Source: an uncultured archaeon (GTDB taxonomy: Archaea > Iainarchaeota > Iainarchaeia > Iainarchaeales > DATDZZ01). From it: DNA of 64,000 nt. The notes beneath the pieces were generated by a model. That model did not search any database. It saw only the letters and a list, made by a program, of their open reading frames with translations, and was not told the DNA's origin. Below are positions 54,452-63,407 of this stretch, piece by piece. The stretch's first letter is position 1. Each line of letters begins with the position of its first letter. The stretch lies in contig CAYJVY010000006.1 in assembly GCA_964373795.1 (NCBI GenBank), positions 28,468-92,467 on the forward strand, given 5' to 3'. A program made the position numbers and the translations under genes.

Positions 54452-55642
54452 TTATTTTTGTTTTTTCAAAGCAATTTCAATTTCCTTCATTCCTTTTTCT
54501 ATTAGCTTCAAATTTGTTGCAAAACTGAATCTAAGAAAGCCTTCACCTGCATTGCCAAACTCTGTTCCTGGAATTGTTACAACTTTTGCTTTTTTAATTA
54601 GCCATTCGCAAAACTGAATTGAAGATCCGTGCCTGGAATCAAATTTTGGAAAAGCATAAAATGCTCCTTCAGGTTGAACTTTTAAATCAAATTCAGGAAT
54701 TTCTTGAAATCGTTTGCAAATAAATTTATTTCTTTTTTCGTATTCTTTTCGCATTAATTCAACTGATTTTTTTGATTCAGGGTTACGTAAAGCCTCTAAA
54801 GCTGCAAGCTGAGAAATGGTTGAAGTTGCAAGAGAAGTATATACATGTGTTTTTTCCATGTCTTGAATTAACCATTCAGGGCCAACAGCATACCCTACTC
54901 TAAATCCTGGCATTGCAAAGGTTTTAGAAAAACTTTGAAAAGATACAACATTTTCCTGCAAGCCATTAAATGAAGCAATTGAAACATGTTTTGCTTTTCT
55001 AAAAACAAATTTTTCATAAGCTTCATCTGAAAAAATAATTAAATCATGTTCAATTGCAATGTCTGCAATTTCTTCAAGCAAGTTTTTTTTAAAAACAGTT
55101 CCAGTGGGATTTGAAGGAGAATTAAGAATTAATGCTCTTGTTTTAGGAGAAACAAGTTTTTTTATTTCATCAGGGTTTACTTGAAAACCATTTTCATCAG
55201 ACAATTTAAGTGAAACAGGAACTGCTGAAATTAATTCAGCCATTGGCTTGTAAGCAAGAAAACCCGGATCAGGAATAATTATTTCTTCAGTTACATCTAA
55301 TACTCCAGTCATTGCCAAAAACAAGGCTTCAGTAGAACCAGCAGTAACAATTACTTGTTTTTGCGAGTCATTCACAAAAATCTTGTTTTCTTTTTTCACT
55401 TTTTTTGCAATTGCATCTCTTAAGTCAGGTCTTCCTCCAGAAGAAGAATAATGAGTAAAACCTTCATCCAATTTTTTTTTCGCAAAATCAATTATGTGTT
55501 TTGGAGTTGAAAAATCTGGTTCTCCAGGGCCTAAAGAAATAATTCCTTTAACGTTTTCAGCCATTGCAAAAAGCTTTGGAAAAATCGTTTTAGGCAATTC
55601 AAGGGTTCTCTCTGATTCCAAGAATCTTAAACTCTTTGACAT
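54452..55642 (-). CDS. Class I/II PLP-dependent aminotransferase (aspartate/aromatic aminotransferase family)
   Basis: SFSKTFAMPGFRVGY (PLP-Lys motif), NSPSNPTG, DEAYEKF. Confidence 0.85.
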   Translation of the reverse strand: MSKSLRFLESERTLELPKTIFPKLFAMAENVKGIISLGPGEPDFSTPKHIIDFAKKKLDEGFTHYSSSGGRPDLRDAIAKKVKKENKIFVNDSQKQVIVTAGSTEALFLAMTGVLDVTEEIIIPDPGFLAYKPMAELISAVPVSLKLSDENGFQVNPDEIKKLVSPKTRALILNSPSNPTGTVFKKNLLEEIADIAIEHDLIIFSDEAYEKFVFRKAKHVSIASFNGLQENVVSFQSFSKTFAMPGFRVGYAVGPEWLIQDMEKTHVYTSLATSTISQLAALEALRNPESKKSVELMRKEYEKRNKFICKRFQEIPEFDLKVQPEGAFYAFPKFDSRHGSSIQFCEWLIKKAKVVTIPGTEFGNAGEGFLRFSFATNLKLIEKGMKEIEIALKKQK

Positions 55643-55694
55643 GACACATTAAAGCATTTCCAGTTTTTAAACTTAATTTTCTACAAATAATGTC

Positions 55695-56267
55695 ATGAAT
55701 TTAATTTCTTTTTTTGAATTAGTTGGAAAACTAAAAGAATTCAAAAGAGCTGGCTGGATTTATAAAAAAGTTTCAAATCCTGAAAGCATTGCAGATCACA
55801 TGTACAGAGTAGCATTAATGACTTATGTTTTAGCTCCTCAATTTAAATTAAATCAAAGCAAATGCATTAAAATGGCTTTAGTTCATGATTTGTGTGAAGC
55901 AATTCATGGCGATATAGCAGACCCTCAAAATGGAGATATGTATTTTAATGGTAAAAAAATCTCACGTGAAGAAAAAAGCAAGTTAGAAGAAGACTCACTT
56001 GAACAAATAACTTCTTTTCTTAATCCAAAAATGAAAAAAGAAATAATTAAAATGTTCCTCGAAACTGAAAAAAAAGAAACTGAAGAGGGAAAATTTGTTA
56101 AACAATTAGATAGACTGGATTTGGCTTTTCAATTACTTGAATATGAATGCAAGCGTTCAACTGAAAACTTTGATGAATTCTGGGAAGACTGTGAAAGCAA
56201 AATTTATTGGCCTAAATTAAAAAAAATTTTAAATGAGTTGAAAAAGAAGCGAGTAAAGTTTTCATAA
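55695..56267 (+). CDS. HD-domain phosphohydrolase (YfbR-like 5'-deoxynucleotidase family)
   Basis: ESIADHMYRVALMTYVL...LVHDLCEAIHGDI has the H...HD...D metal-binding pattern. Confidence 0.75.
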   Translation: MNLISFFELVGKLKEFKRAGWIYKKVSNPESIADHMYRVALMTYVLAPQFKLNQSKCIKMALVHDLCEAIHGDIADPQNGDMYFNGKKISREEKSKLEEDSLEQITSFLNPKMKKEIIKMFLETEKKETEEGKFVKQLDRLDLAFQLLEYECKRSTENFDEFWEDCESKIYWPKLKKILNELKKKRVKFS

Positions 56268-56915
56268 TAGAATTGATTTTTTTCCATAAACTAGTTCATG
56301 AAGTCGTTTATATTCATCTAACTCAGGTTTACCATATCCTACTTCAAAAAAAATTTTAAACCCTAAATCCATTAAGTCTTTTAATGCTGCTTGTTTGGTT
56401 AGTTCACTTAAACCTTTTGCATCTAAAAATTGTCTTATTTTATGCGTAGAACCAAAAACATCTCCATTAATAAATAAAAACAATGCATCATGTTCTTCTC
56501 TTTCAATAGGAACATCTGTTTTTGCTTGCATCTTTTTGAACAACTCTGTTTGCCTATTCCAAACATCTGTTCTTTTATTAGGACTTAATCCTTGGAAATC
56601 CTCTGTAAATTCCCCTTTTTTAGTTATTCTTCTCTCTTTTTCAGGTAATCTTTCTTCAAGATTTAAAGTCTGACCAAAAATTTTTTCATGCAACCTAACA
56701 AAGGTTTTACGAAGCTCTTGAGCTTCAGCACTATCATGCGGAATAGATGAAATTTTTTCAATAAGGGCATCGTGTTCTCTTAACAAAACATCTCTTTCTC
56801 GTTCAGGCAAAGCACTAAAAGTATGACTATATACTATTGCCCTTGATTTAGGAGCTGTAACTATAGGTCGCTTTCCACGACGACCAGTTGTCCTTCTTTC
56901 AATCATTTTTGTCAC
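56262..56915 (-). CDS. Hypothetical protein immediately downstream of the methyltransferase on the same strand (candidate partner)
   Basis: 217 aa. Basic N-terminus (RRTTGRRGKRPIV). No recognised nuclease motif, apart from a weak D...ELDEYK pattern near the C-terminus. Confidence 0.4.
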   Translation of the reverse strand: MTKMIERRTTGRRGKRPIVTAPKSRAIVYSHTFSALPERERDVLLREHDALIEKISSIPHDSAEAQELRKTFVRLHEKIFGQTLNLEERLPEKERRITKKGEFTEDFQGLSPNKRTDVWNRQTELFKKMQAKTDVPIEREEHDALFLFINGDVFGSTHKIRQFLDAKGLSELTKQAALKDLMDLGFKIFFEVGYGKPELDEYKRLHELVYGKKSILL

Positions 56916-56969
56916 AATTTAATATTGATATAAATTAGTTTAGGAATTCAAAAATATAAATCTTTGCAC

Positions 56970-58112
56970 TCAGTTTTTGAGTAGAAAAACAATGCTTTCC
57001 TTCATTACTCCCACTTTTTCAGTTCTGTTTCGCATGCAAAACCTTTTGTTTACAACAATTATTTCTTGAACTTGAAAACCAATTTTTTCTGCAAGAACTG
57101 CAAGTAATTCATCTGATTCAATTACTTTTTCGGGAAAACATCCTTGTCCTATAATTAAGGCTGCTTTTCCTTTTGGCTTTAATACTCTGAACATTTCTTT
57201 TAAAGCTAAATTCATGTCAAAAAAATATGCTTTAGCAATTTCAGGCAATTTTTTGTCAAAACCTTCTTCAAAAACTTGTTTAATTTCTTGTGAAACATTT
57301 TCTCCAATAAAAGATCGAACTGCAGGTTTGCCTGGCTCGTTAAAGAAAAGGTTTTGCTCTATTGCATAAACATTTGCATACTCAATTTTATTCAAGTAAG
57401 GAGGGGAAGAAATAATTGCGTCAACAGAGTTTTCAGGCAAAGGCAAATTCCTTGCATCAGCTTTTTCTACAACTATTTTTGAAGAACTCGAATGAAAGGA
57501 TTTTAATTCTTTAAAGAATTTTTGCATTACTTGTTTGAAAAGCTTTCTAAAAGGAGGCAAGTGACGTTTTTTATTAAACTTAATTGCTCCTCCATGTTTT
57601 TCAGCGTAAGTGCATTTAGTTGAAGCATTAATTAATCCAAGCAAAAACAAGTCTTGAATTTCTTTTTCTTGAATTAATTCAATAATTTTTGTTTTAAAAA
57701 AAATTATGTCTTCTAATGCATAAATTGAAAACGCGCGTTTAATAAATTTAGGCAATTCACCAATTTTTATGCGTTGAAATTTTTCTGCAAACAATTTCTT
57801 TGCAGCAGCATGCAATTTTTCTAAATCATAGTTTTGAGTTTTAACTTTTGCTGCAAAAACTGCTACAGTTGAAACATCAAATGCAAAGCAATTCAATTCT
57901 AATTCCTTGCATGCAAGAGGAGTTGTTCCAACTCCACAAAAAGAATCTAACACTGTTTGTCCTTCTTGCAAGCCAAATTTTTTTGCAAGCAAAAAAACTA
58001 GTTCGCGAGAAAAACCTTCCTTATAGTAAAGCCAGTTATAAATTCCCAGTTTTTTGTTTGAAACAAAAGTAGCCAATTCACCTAATCCTAATTGTTCTAA
58101 AGATTTGAACAT
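56970..58112 (-). CDS. SAM-dependent DNA methyltransferase-like protein (N6-adenine/N4-cytosine type; motif I precedes motif IV)
   Basis: VLDSFCGVGTTPLACKELELNCFAFDVS is a PF01555-style motif I. The SPPY (S/D/N-PP-Y/F) motif IV lies about 170 aa downstream, AIISSPPYLNKIEY. Confidence 0.55.
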   Translation of the reverse strand: MFKSLEQLGLGELATFVSNKKLGIYNWLYYKEGFSRELVFLLAKKFGLQEGQTVLDSFCGVGTTPLACKELELNCFAFDVSTVAVFAAKVKTQNYDLEKLHAAAKKLFAEKFQRIKIGELPKFIKRAFSIYALEDIIFFKTKIIELIQEKEIQDLFLLGLINASTKCTYAEKHGGAIKFNKKRHLPPFRKLFKQVMQKFFKELKSFHSSSSKIVVEKADARNLPLPENSVDAIISSPPYLNKIEYANVYAIEQNLFFNEPGKPAVRSFIGENVSQEIKQVFEEGFDKKLPEIAKAYFFDMNLALKEMFRVLKPKGKAALIIGQGCFPEKVIESDELLAVLAEKIGFQVQEIIVVNKRFCMRNRTEKVGVMKESIVFLLKN

Positions 58113-58149
58113 ACTAGAAATTGATGTGAAAAGAAATTAAAATACATCT

Positions 58150-58353
58150 TTGTTTGATTTTTACATGATTAAAAAGAAACCTGAAAAAGCATTTGTTTTA
58201 GACTTGAAAGGAAAAAGATATTACTATGCCGTTGGCAACACAAAAAGCTATATTGCTGCACATGAAGCAAGAGCAAGAAAAAATAAATGGTATGTGCAAG
58301 AAGAAAGAAAAAAATTCAAGGAAAAAGTGAAAAGAATTCAAAGAAGAAAATAA
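58150..58353 (+). CDS. Small basic hypothetical protein
   Basis: 67 aa, K/R-rich. May be spurious. Confidence 0.2.
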   Translation: MFDFYMIKKKPEKAFVLDLKGKRYYYAVGNTKSYIAAHEARARKNKWYVQEERKKFKEKVKRIQRRK

Positions 58354-58359
58354 TTCAAT

Positions 58360-59655
58360 TCATTTCGGCTTTAAATGACCCCATTTTTCTAGTGCTTGAG
58401 CTAATTCTTTGTGTTGTTTTGCTGCTTCTTCTAAGGTTTTTCCTTCAAGAGTTGCATTTATTGCTTGCATTGAAGCCACTGCACCACTTAAAGTGCCTTT
58501 TGGATGTCCATGAATTCCTCCAGAAACAAGAATTACGCAGTCATTGCCAAAAATTTTCATTACATCTGGAACTAATCCGGGATGTAACCCTCCGGATGAA
58601 ACAGGAAAAGCAGGTTTAATGTTTTGCCAGTCTTGTTTTAAAACTCCTTCACTTTCTTTTACTTGTTTTTCACGCAAAGTATTAGCTATTTCTATAACTT
58701 CGTGCTTTGATCCAACTAGTTTTCCTACAGCTGTTCCTGCATGAATTTGGTCAACTCCAATTAAGCGATTAATTTTTGCTAAAAACTGCATTGAAATTCC
58801 GTGTTTTGGATTGCGATCAAAGGATGCATGCATTGCTCTATGAGCATGAATAGCCATTCCCATGTCTCCAAGTTCATTGCGCAAAGTTTGCACTGCAGCA
58901 GCTCCAACTACAACTACGTCAATCATTGCATATCTCCATCCATGTTCATGCAAAAATTTTGCTCGCTTAATCATTTCCTTTGTTTCAGCAGTAATATTTA
59001 GAAGCGCGTCTTTTTGTTCGCCAGTAATTTTTTCAGCTTTGTCTCTAAGCTTTGTCATTAATTTCACGCGTTCAAAAAAATTATTAAATGAAGTAGAGGA
59101 AAGATTTTCATCGTCTTTCACTAAATCAAATCCTCCCATCCAGGTTTGAAAACCAATTTCTGCATGTTCTTTTGCAGAAAAACCAATTTTTGGTTTTGGA
59201 ACAGCTCCTGTTAGAGGACGTTTTTGAACTTTGAATAATTTTCTTAGTCCTTGAATTCCTTGTCTAGGACCTTTAAAAGAATTCACATATTCTTTTGGAA
59301 AACATGCATCAATTAATTTCAAATTTTTCAATGCTTTCATTCCAAAAATATTGCCTGCAATTCCTGAAAGCATTTGAGGCATGTTTCCTTTTTCCCATAA
59401 ACCAAGTGGATAAGCAATTTTCACTAAATTTCCGCGAACTTCAAAAGCAGTTGCCATTAAGCCTTTCATTCTAGGAGGCAATTTGAATAAAGTAGTCCAA
59501 GTTCCAGTTGAACTCTCTGAAGCAATTCTTCCAATTGCTTCATTTCTGGAAATTCCTGCAGCTGGTTCAAAATAATATAAAACAATTACATCGCTTTTAG
59601 TTGGAGAGTAATGCAAGTTAATGAATTCATCATACCAATCAATTTTTTTAGTCAT
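58360..59655 (-). CDS. rbcL: Ribulose-1,5-bisphosphate carboxylase/oxygenase, form III (archaeal type, large subunit only)
   Basis: MTKKIDWYDEFINL...GTWTTLF...GGFDLVKDDENL (GGxDxxKDDE active-site motif) ...VSGGLHPGLV. Length 431 aa. No small-subunit gene nearby. Confidence 0.9.
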   Translation of the reverse strand: MTKKIDWYDEFINLHYSPTKSDVIVLYYFEPAAGISRNEAIGRIASESSTGTWTTLFKLPPRMKGLMATAFEVRGNLVKIAYPLGLWEKGNMPQMLSGIAGNIFGMKALKNLKLIDACFPKEYVNSFKGPRQGIQGLRKLFKVQKRPLTGAVPKPKIGFSAKEHAEIGFQTWMGGFDLVKDDENLSSTSFNNFFERVKLMTKLRDKAEKITGEQKDALLNITAETKEMIKRAKFLHEHGWRYAMIDVVVVGAAAVQTLRNELGDMGMAIHAHRAMHASFDRNPKHGISMQFLAKINRLIGVDQIHAGTAVGKLVGSKHEVIEIANTLREKQVKESEGVLKQDWQNIKPAFPVSSGGLHPGLVPDVMKIFGNDCVILVSGGIHGHPKGTLSGAVASMQAINATLEGKTLEEAAKQHKELAQALEKWGHLKPK

Positions 59656-59734
59656 GAAAGTAATAGGAAAAAGGGATATAAAAAGTTTTCGGCTTGCAAA
59701 AGTTTATTAAGATCTTTCAACTTTTAAGAATTAA

Positions 59735-62635
59735 ATGCATGAAAAAAAATTAGTAATTCAGAAAAAGTTTTTACCAAAATTTTTATTCCTAGGAATTTTG
59801 TTAATTATTTTGATTTTATTAGCTGGTTGCATAAATTTAAATCTATTTCAACCTGAACAAGGAGTAATTAATTTAAGGGTTTTCGATGGGTTTGGAGTGC
59901 CATTAAATGAAGTGAAAGTCTTTAATAAAACTGAATTACTTGGAAAAACAAACAATGAAGGATATTTTAATTATAAATTTCCTGCAACGAAAAGACTATT
60001 GTTAAACTTTAAAAAAGAAGGAAAAATAACTTTTTTTAAAATATTTGAAATAACTCCAAATAAAACAACTTTTTATTCAATTAAACTTGACTCCAAAGCA
60101 GAACCTGTTTTAATTAATTCACTTGAAGGCGGTTCAATAGGATTGCAAGGAAAAAGAATTGAAATTCCTGCAAATTCTTTGTTTTTTGAAAATGGAAAAA
60201 AAGTTGAAGGCAATGTAGAGGTTTCAGTAAATTTTTTCGATCCAACAAAACCTCAAGACTTGGAGAGTTTTCCAGGAGATTTTAGTGGAATTGATTCTCA
60301 AAACAAGGAACAATTAATTGAATCATTTGGATTTGTAAACATTGAAGTAGAAAAAGAAAAACAAAAAGTTAACCTTAAAGAAAATCAAGCAATACTAGAA
60401 ATTCCTATTTCAGAAGATGCAAATGCCCCTCAAGAAACAGGGTTGTGGTTTTTTGATGAAGAAAAAGGAACTTGGGTTGAAACAGGAACACTAGAAAAAA
60501 AATGCGTTAACAGTAAATGCTTTTACAGCGGAAAAATCTCTCACTTTTCAACTTGGAATGCAGACAAATCATATGAAGTTTTAACAGTGCATGGATTAAT
60601 TTTTAAAAGCTCAATGATAAAAGAAGCATTATTTGTTACACTTGGATTAGCATTTCCTCAATACAGAATAGGATTATTTGCTTTCAAAGTAGGATATGAC
60701 GTAATTTTTAGTGGTAAAAGTTTTTCAAAAGCAATTACAGATAACGTTTTATCTTTTGTTGGAGGAAATATTGCAAGACAGTTTGGTTTGGGAGATGCAT
60801 ATAATTTAGGAAAAGTTCAATATGCAATTTTTAAGGATGTTTCAAAAATTCAAACACGCATATTAATGGAAACCTTTCAAAGTGATCCAAATAATTGGAC
60901 TTCTTCAAATATTGAGGAAAAAATTTATAATGGAATGATTGAAAGATATAATCAGCCTTTCAAGACAGATGAAGAATTAGATATAAGACTTCCTCCAAAA
61001 ATGGACACTCCAATAGAAGGCGATTTTATTACCGATCTAACTTACAATGTTAACAAATTACCTGAACCAAGAGAAGTTAGACTAGATGTTGACAAACCTT
61101 TATTGAGAGAAGCCATTAGAGAAACTACGCCTAGTTTAATGGATTTAATTACAAGAAAAACTGGAAAACAACCAGGATCAAAGTTAACTGAAAAAGAAAT
61201 CGAAAAAATTAATCAAGAAATGCCTGACGAGGTATTCCATGCAACTGTGACAAGAGTTGTATTGGGTTTGCCTGAAAAAGAAGCAGAAAAAACTTTTATA
61301 AATAAATCAGGAAAACCACAAAAAATTGAAGAAATATTAGTTGAATTAACAAAGGCTTCACTTAATGCCGCAAAATTATTTAAAGAAGGCAATATTTCTC
61401 CAATTGAAAATGCAAGCGTAAAAGCAAATGGATTAGACTATTCTTCTCAAACTAGAAGTAATTCAAATAAATCAGGAGAATACACAATTGCTACAAAAAA
61501 AAATTCTAAAGTAGAAATACAAGCATTTGTTCCAGGGTTGGCTGTAACTCCTTTAGAAATTAAAACAGATAATAGAAATGTTCGTCCCACAGATAATTCT
61601 GAATCATTTCAAAGAATCCTACCAATACTGTTAACAAAACCAGACAAAAAAGCGGTAATAGTATTAGATGTTTCTGGTTCAATGGAATGGCCAATAGGTT
61701 TTCCGAACGACTTTAATTATGAAGACAAAAACGTTCAACAAATTTTATTTGATTTTAATGCAGAAAAAAATAGGGATGAATATACAGAAGAACTCTTAAA
61801 ATATTTAAAAGAAAAAAATATTGATAAAAGCGAGTATATTAGAATTGATGCAGCTAAAAAAGCACTTCTTTCATCAATTGATTTATTTAAAGAAAATAAT
61901 TATGCAGTTTCATTTATTACTTTTTCTAGCTCTGCAAAAATAGAAATGCCTTTAACGTTTGAATACAATAAGTTAAAAGAAAAAATAGAAAACCTTTCCA
62001 TAAGTGGTGGAACAGATATTGAAGGCGCAATAAGTGAAGCATTAAATGTATTAGGAGAAAATGGAATAATAATTTTTATCACAGACGGCGAAGATCCTGA
62101 TAGTAAAAAAAGAATTATGCAAAAAATTGATGAATACAATGTAGTTGAAATAGCCAAAAATAAGAATGTAAGAATTTGCACTATTGGAATAGGCTTTCCT
62201 ACAACAGTTGATTCAGAACTTTTAAGTTATATTGCAAATAAAGCAAGTTGCAACTACAAGTTTGGGGAAAACCTTAGCAAAATTAAGTCATCAATTTTAG
62301 AAAATATTTATACTGAAACAGGAATTATATTTATTACGGAAACAAATAAACTTAAATCAAATGAAAAGCAAGTTATAACTAAATTCAATGCAGGAAATGA
62401 AACTAATAAACTAAAAATATATTTAGTTTCAAATGGTTCTCCAGAAATTGCATTAATTGATAAAAGTGGAAATGAATCAAAAAAACAAGCGGAAGAAGAC
62501 ACTCCTCTAATTATAGAGATAGATAAACCAACTGTAAACCAGGAATATTCTGTAGAAGTAAGAAATAATTCTGAAAAAGAATTAAATTTCACTATAACTA
62601 TTTCCTCTGAGGGACAAGCTCTTCAACCAATTTAA
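59735..62635 (+). CDS. Large secreted or membrane-anchored protein with C-terminal von Willebrand factor A (VWA) domain
   Basis: N-terminal TM/signal (FLPKFLFLGILLIILILLAGC). The MIDAS motif is VLDVSGSMEWP (DxSxS) ...SGGTDIEGAI...IFITDGEDPD. Confidence 0.7.
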   Translation: MHEKKLVIQKKFLPKFLFLGILLIILILLAGCINLNLFQPEQGVINLRVFDGFGVPLNEVKVFNKTELLGKTNNEGYFNYKFPATKRLLLNFKKEGKITFFKIFEITPNKTTFYSIKLDSKAEPVLINSLEGGSIGLQGKRIEIPANSLFFENGKKVEGNVEVSVNFFDPTKPQDLESFPGDFSGIDSQNKEQLIESFGFVNIEVEKEKQKVNLKENQAILEIPISEDANAPQETGLWFFDEEKGTWVETGTLEKKCVNSKCFYSGKISHFSTWNADKSYEVLTVHGLIFKSSMIKEALFVTLGLAFPQYRIGLFAFKVGYDVIFSGKSFSKAITDNVLSFVGGNIARQFGLGDAYNLGKVQYAIFKDVSKIQTRILMETFQSDPNNWTSSNIEEKIYNGMIERYNQPFKTDEELDIRLPPKMDTPIEGDFITDLTYNVNKLPEPREVRLDVDKPLLREAIRETTPSLMDLITRKTGKQPGSKLTEKEIEKINQEMPDEVFHATVTRVVLGLPEKEAEKTFINKSGKPQKIEEILVELTKASLNAAKLFKEGNISPIENASVKANGLDYSSQTRSNSNKSGEYTIATKKNSKVEIQAFVPGLAVTPLEIKTDNRNVRPTDNSESFQRILPILLTKPDKKAVIVLDVSGSMEWPIGFPNDFNYEDKNVQQILFDFNAEKNRDEYTEELLKYLKEKNIDKSEYIRIDAAKKALLSSIDLFKENNYAVSFITFSSSAKIEMPLTFEYNKLKEKIENLSISGGTDIEGAISEALNVLGENGIIIFITDGEDPDSKKRIMQKIDEYNVVEIAKNKNVRICTIGIGFPTTVDSELLSYIANKASCNYKFGENLSKIKSSILENIYTETGIIFITETNKLKSNEKQVITKFNAGNETNKLKIYLVSNGSPEIALIDKSGNESKKQAEEDTPLIIEIDKPTVNQEYSVEVRNNSEKELNFTITISSEGQALQPI

Positions 62636-62637
62636 AT

Positions 62638-63162
62638 TTAAGTTGAAGGCCCTGTTCCTGTGCGCCAGTTAGTTTCTCCTTTTGGACGCCAAAAATCTTC
62701 ATCTTTAAATCCCCCATCAGAAGTTCCAGTGCGAATTTTTTTTCTTTCAATTGGATTGCCTTTTGAATCTTCTTTCCAAGCCCATTCTCCATCAATTTTC
62801 CAAGGCTTTGAAGTTGGCTCTGGACAAATTTCTTGACCATGTCTTTCAAACTCTGTTTCTATGAATTGATCAAATTCTTGTGATTTATCATTTGTTACTT
62901 GATGTCCTGTAACATATCCACAAGGAATAGTTGGAGAAGTTACTTCTAATAAACAAGCACTTGGAATTTCAGGAGGAGATGGAAAAGGGAACTCAAAAAC
63001 TCCATTTACTGCATTCATTTTAGTTGGTAAGACAGGGCATTTTGTGTTATATTCAAAAACTTTCAAGTTTATTTCATCGTTTGCATTAGAAATTAATTTA
63101 CAATCAGAGTCAACTATGTGAAAAATGGCAATCCTCTTCAGTTGGAGTAAAATTTTCTTCAC
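62638..63162 (-). CDS. Hypothetical Cys-containing secreted-protein fragment (possibly the 3' part of a frameshifted lipoprotein gene)
   Basis: 174-aa ORF that overlaps the upstream lipobox ORF (63110-63379) by about 50 nt in a different frame. Confidence 0.3.
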   Translation of the reverse strand: MKKILLQLKRIAIFHIVDSDCKLISNANDEINLKVFEYNTKCPVLPTKMNAVNGVFEFPFPSPPEIPSACLLEVTSPTIPCGYVTGHQVTNDKSQEFDQFIETEFERHGQEICPEPTSKPWKIDGEWAWKEDSKGNPIERKKIRTGTSDGGFKDEDFWRPKGETNWRTGTGPST

Positions 63163-63379
63163 TTGTATCTGTTTTTGGATTTGTTTCTGATGAAAGATTG
63201 TCTTCTTTGCTTGAAAAATCTTTTCCTGAAACAGGTTTATCTGAATCGACAGCAGGTTTATCTTGTTTAGAAATTTTATTAGTTATGCTATCCAAGAGGT
63301 CAGGTGAAAGTGATTGGTTAATACAACCAGTTAAAAAAATTAATACAAAGATTAGTGCAATGAATAAAATTTTTTGCAT
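63110..63379 (-). CDS. Small lipoprotein-like ORF (signal plus LTGC lipobox), possibly the 5' part of a frameshifted gene
   Basis: MQKILFIALIFVLIFLTGCINQS, followed by a D/S/K-rich low-complexity region. Confidence 0.3.
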   Translation of the reverse strand: MQKILFIALIFVLIFLTGCINQSLSPDLLDSITNKISKQDKPAVDSDKPVSGKDFSSKEDNLSSETNPKTDTSEENFTPTEEDCHFSHS

Positions 63380-63407
63380 GAAATTAAATGGAAAAAGAAG
63401 TATTTAA

